Positions 61,776 through 64,000 of a stretch of 64,000 nucleotides of DNA are shown one piece after another. The notes beneath the pieces are model-generated. The model was not told where the DNA came from, made no database searches, and was given only the letters and a program-made list of their open reading frames with translations. This DNA comes from Lama guanicoe (taxonomy: Eukaryota), in NCBI GenBank assembly GCA_013239625.1, contig MU054187.1, forward strand, positions 3,979,757 through 4,043,756, given 5' to 3'. How positions within the stretch are numbered: the stretch's first letter is position 1; every line of letters begins with the position of its first letter. The position numbers were made by a program, and so were the translations under genes.

Positions 61776-64000
61776 ATTTGCTACAACTGAGGACAGAGTG
61801 GTGCTGGATCACAGGCCAAGGGTCTAATTACAGGAACGGAGCCACCAAGTCAGGGAAGAAACCACAGCAAACACAGCCGGCCGTGATTCAGAGGTTGAGC
61901 ACAGGTGCTCTTGCGCGTGCCCACCTCAGATGCATCTCAGAGTCTGCATAGACGGGGACTGGCAGTCCCTTCTCTGGGTGGCAGAGAAAAGGGGAGGGTG
62001 GGAAGAGGGGAGCCCGCAGATCACTGCATAACTGGGCAGAGCTCTACGCTGGGCTGGGGCAAAAAAAAGTGTAAGTGTACTCTAGAATATGCCTTATGCA
62101 CTCCTAGCTTCAGCCTTCGCTCTTCACAAGGCGTCGTAAGTCACCGGACACGTGAAAGTCAGCTCAGCACACACGCCGTAGTTTTTCTCACTGCCGTTGA
62201 GCGCTCCCCCAGCTGCCACAGGAATGAGTATTGTGTACTCAGCACGAGTTACGTGCTGGTCAGAAGGCCAGACACATGTGCGGGAGGGAGAGTCAGCGCG
62301 GTCCCATTCCCACGCATCCTCAGGTAGCGGGCAGGGCTGGCTTTACCTAAGCGTGGGGCTGCCGGAGGAGGGCGGACGCTGGAGTCCTTAGGGAGACTCG
62401 CAGGGGTGCAGGGGCGCTGCAGGAGACATCTTTGATACGATTTGGGGATTGGGCATGGGGTTAACCTAGTAGGCCCCCTCTTAAATCATGGACTTCCACT
62501 TGGAAATTTAAGCTTCTCTGCACGTCTGCTCTGGCCTATGATTCTGGTACAATGGGAGCCAAGTCAGAGTTTTTAAAACCAAGCAGTTTAAGGTAACAGA
62601 TTTAAACAGAAACACAGGAGATAAATTCCCCTCCCGAAGTGGCATAACTGAGGGGAGTCCGCTTCTCCCCTGAGAATTCAACATGGGAAAAAGAAAGAGA
62701 TCACGTCGGTGGTGAAGGTGTAAAGTAAGTCTATTAAGGAGCAAGGATGGCATAATTATGCTCGGTAGCTAATTTTCCATAACACTAGAAGATCTATGTA
62801 TAAAATTACAGGTTTAATAAAGTTAACACACAAATACAATGAGCTTTGATCTATTTAATCCCGATCAAACATATGGTCAAACCAATATGAAAAGGAACAA
62901 AGAAACAAGTCGCTTAACAGAAGAAAAAACCCTACCGTATGCTTATCAGCTTTTATTGTAAACTAGAGATGGAACACAAACATACAACTGGTGTGAGTGA
63001 GAAGATTTTCACATCTGTTGCTTGAATATCACAGCATAGCACAGTATTTTGTAAACATAATATTTTATGCATTATAAATGTATAATGACATACATTTCAT
63101 TTTTAAAATCACATTAACTCAAATTATTGTGGCTTTTAAATGTTTTAGTTTCCATTAAATTAGAAAGAAAGGAAGATACTGATGGAAAGACATTTATGGT
63201 GCTGCAAACCAAGGATATGAGTTCCTCTGGTGGAAGATGAGAAAGCCACTTGGAATGAAGCATGAACGGTTACATTACGGCCTTAGGTAGGGAATAGCTC
63301 CTCCTTTCCCTTCTGTTGTATTCTGCGTCCCCACGGCCTGTGTCACAGAATTCACTTCACTTACTCGTGTCGCATCCTTTGGCATGTTACCGGGGAAACC
63401 TCAAAATCAACAGAGCTTAAATGTGAATTACACGGAGTAACAATGAGTAGCTGTGAAGAATTTCATTTTTCTAATACAAGCATTATAAACCTTCCAAAAA
63501 GAAAGGTTTAAAACTCTTGAGTGGATGATGAAGAATTTAGTTCCAGCTGCGATGGCAAAGCCCACTTCAGCAGCGGAGGTGAGAGGCTGCGTGAGGTAGC
63601 AGCCTGGGTGGGCCTCTTTGCTGGGCGGAGGTGTCCCTGTTCATTTCAAGCATCGTTTGAAAATGCCCACGTTTACCAGTTGTCCTATCATTATTTCCAT
63701 ACTTCTGCCCACAGGGGAAAAAGAATAGAAGGAAAGGTTTGAAGAGAGATGTTTTCGATGCCTAACTCTCCGTGACCTGGTAGGTATTTTTGCCAGTATC
63801 AGAAGACATTTAAGCCTCTCAGATGAAAGAAAAAAATGCGATCTGATTAGCAAAATAAAAAAAGCTTCTAAGGTTTTGTGAGACCTGAGAATGGCAGTCA
63901 CTGTTAGGAATGGAAGTGGGGTGCAGAGAAAATTAAACCGTTTTCTTACTGTGATACTAGCCACGTGATTTGGGTAACAGACTCCACCCCACCCGTCGAC

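Overview
Mammalian nuclear DNA, most likely a camelid (camel/alpaca/llama), inferred from a Vic-1-type tRNA-derived SINE at ~48.6 kb and artiodactyl-type L1 3' ends. The window reads as intergenic or deep-intronic sequence. I recognise no protein-coding gene, RNA gene, CRISPR array or prokaryotic system. The supplied ORFs are chance ORFs, decayed L1 pieces or products of a stop-free tandem repeat. Much of the window is interspersed repeats: old L1M and young lineage L1 tails, L2, MIR, MaLR/MLT1 LTRs, a MER41-like and a MER68-like solo LTR, and hAT MITEs. Family names come from remembered consensus sequences, not a RepeatMasker run, and most boundaries are approximate. The best observations are: (1) a near-perfect 76-bp higher-order array (~11 copies) built from GGAT/GGGT/GGAC/GCGT tetramers inside an L2; (2) a 118-bp L1 insertion with a 17-bp TSD that looks like a 3' transduction; (3) three separate antiparallel MLT1-inside-MLT1 nestings; (4) a small orphan CpG/GC-box island fused to a MIR; (5) several enhancer-like motif clusters and isolated exon-like segments. 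The sequence alone does not support a new biological system here.
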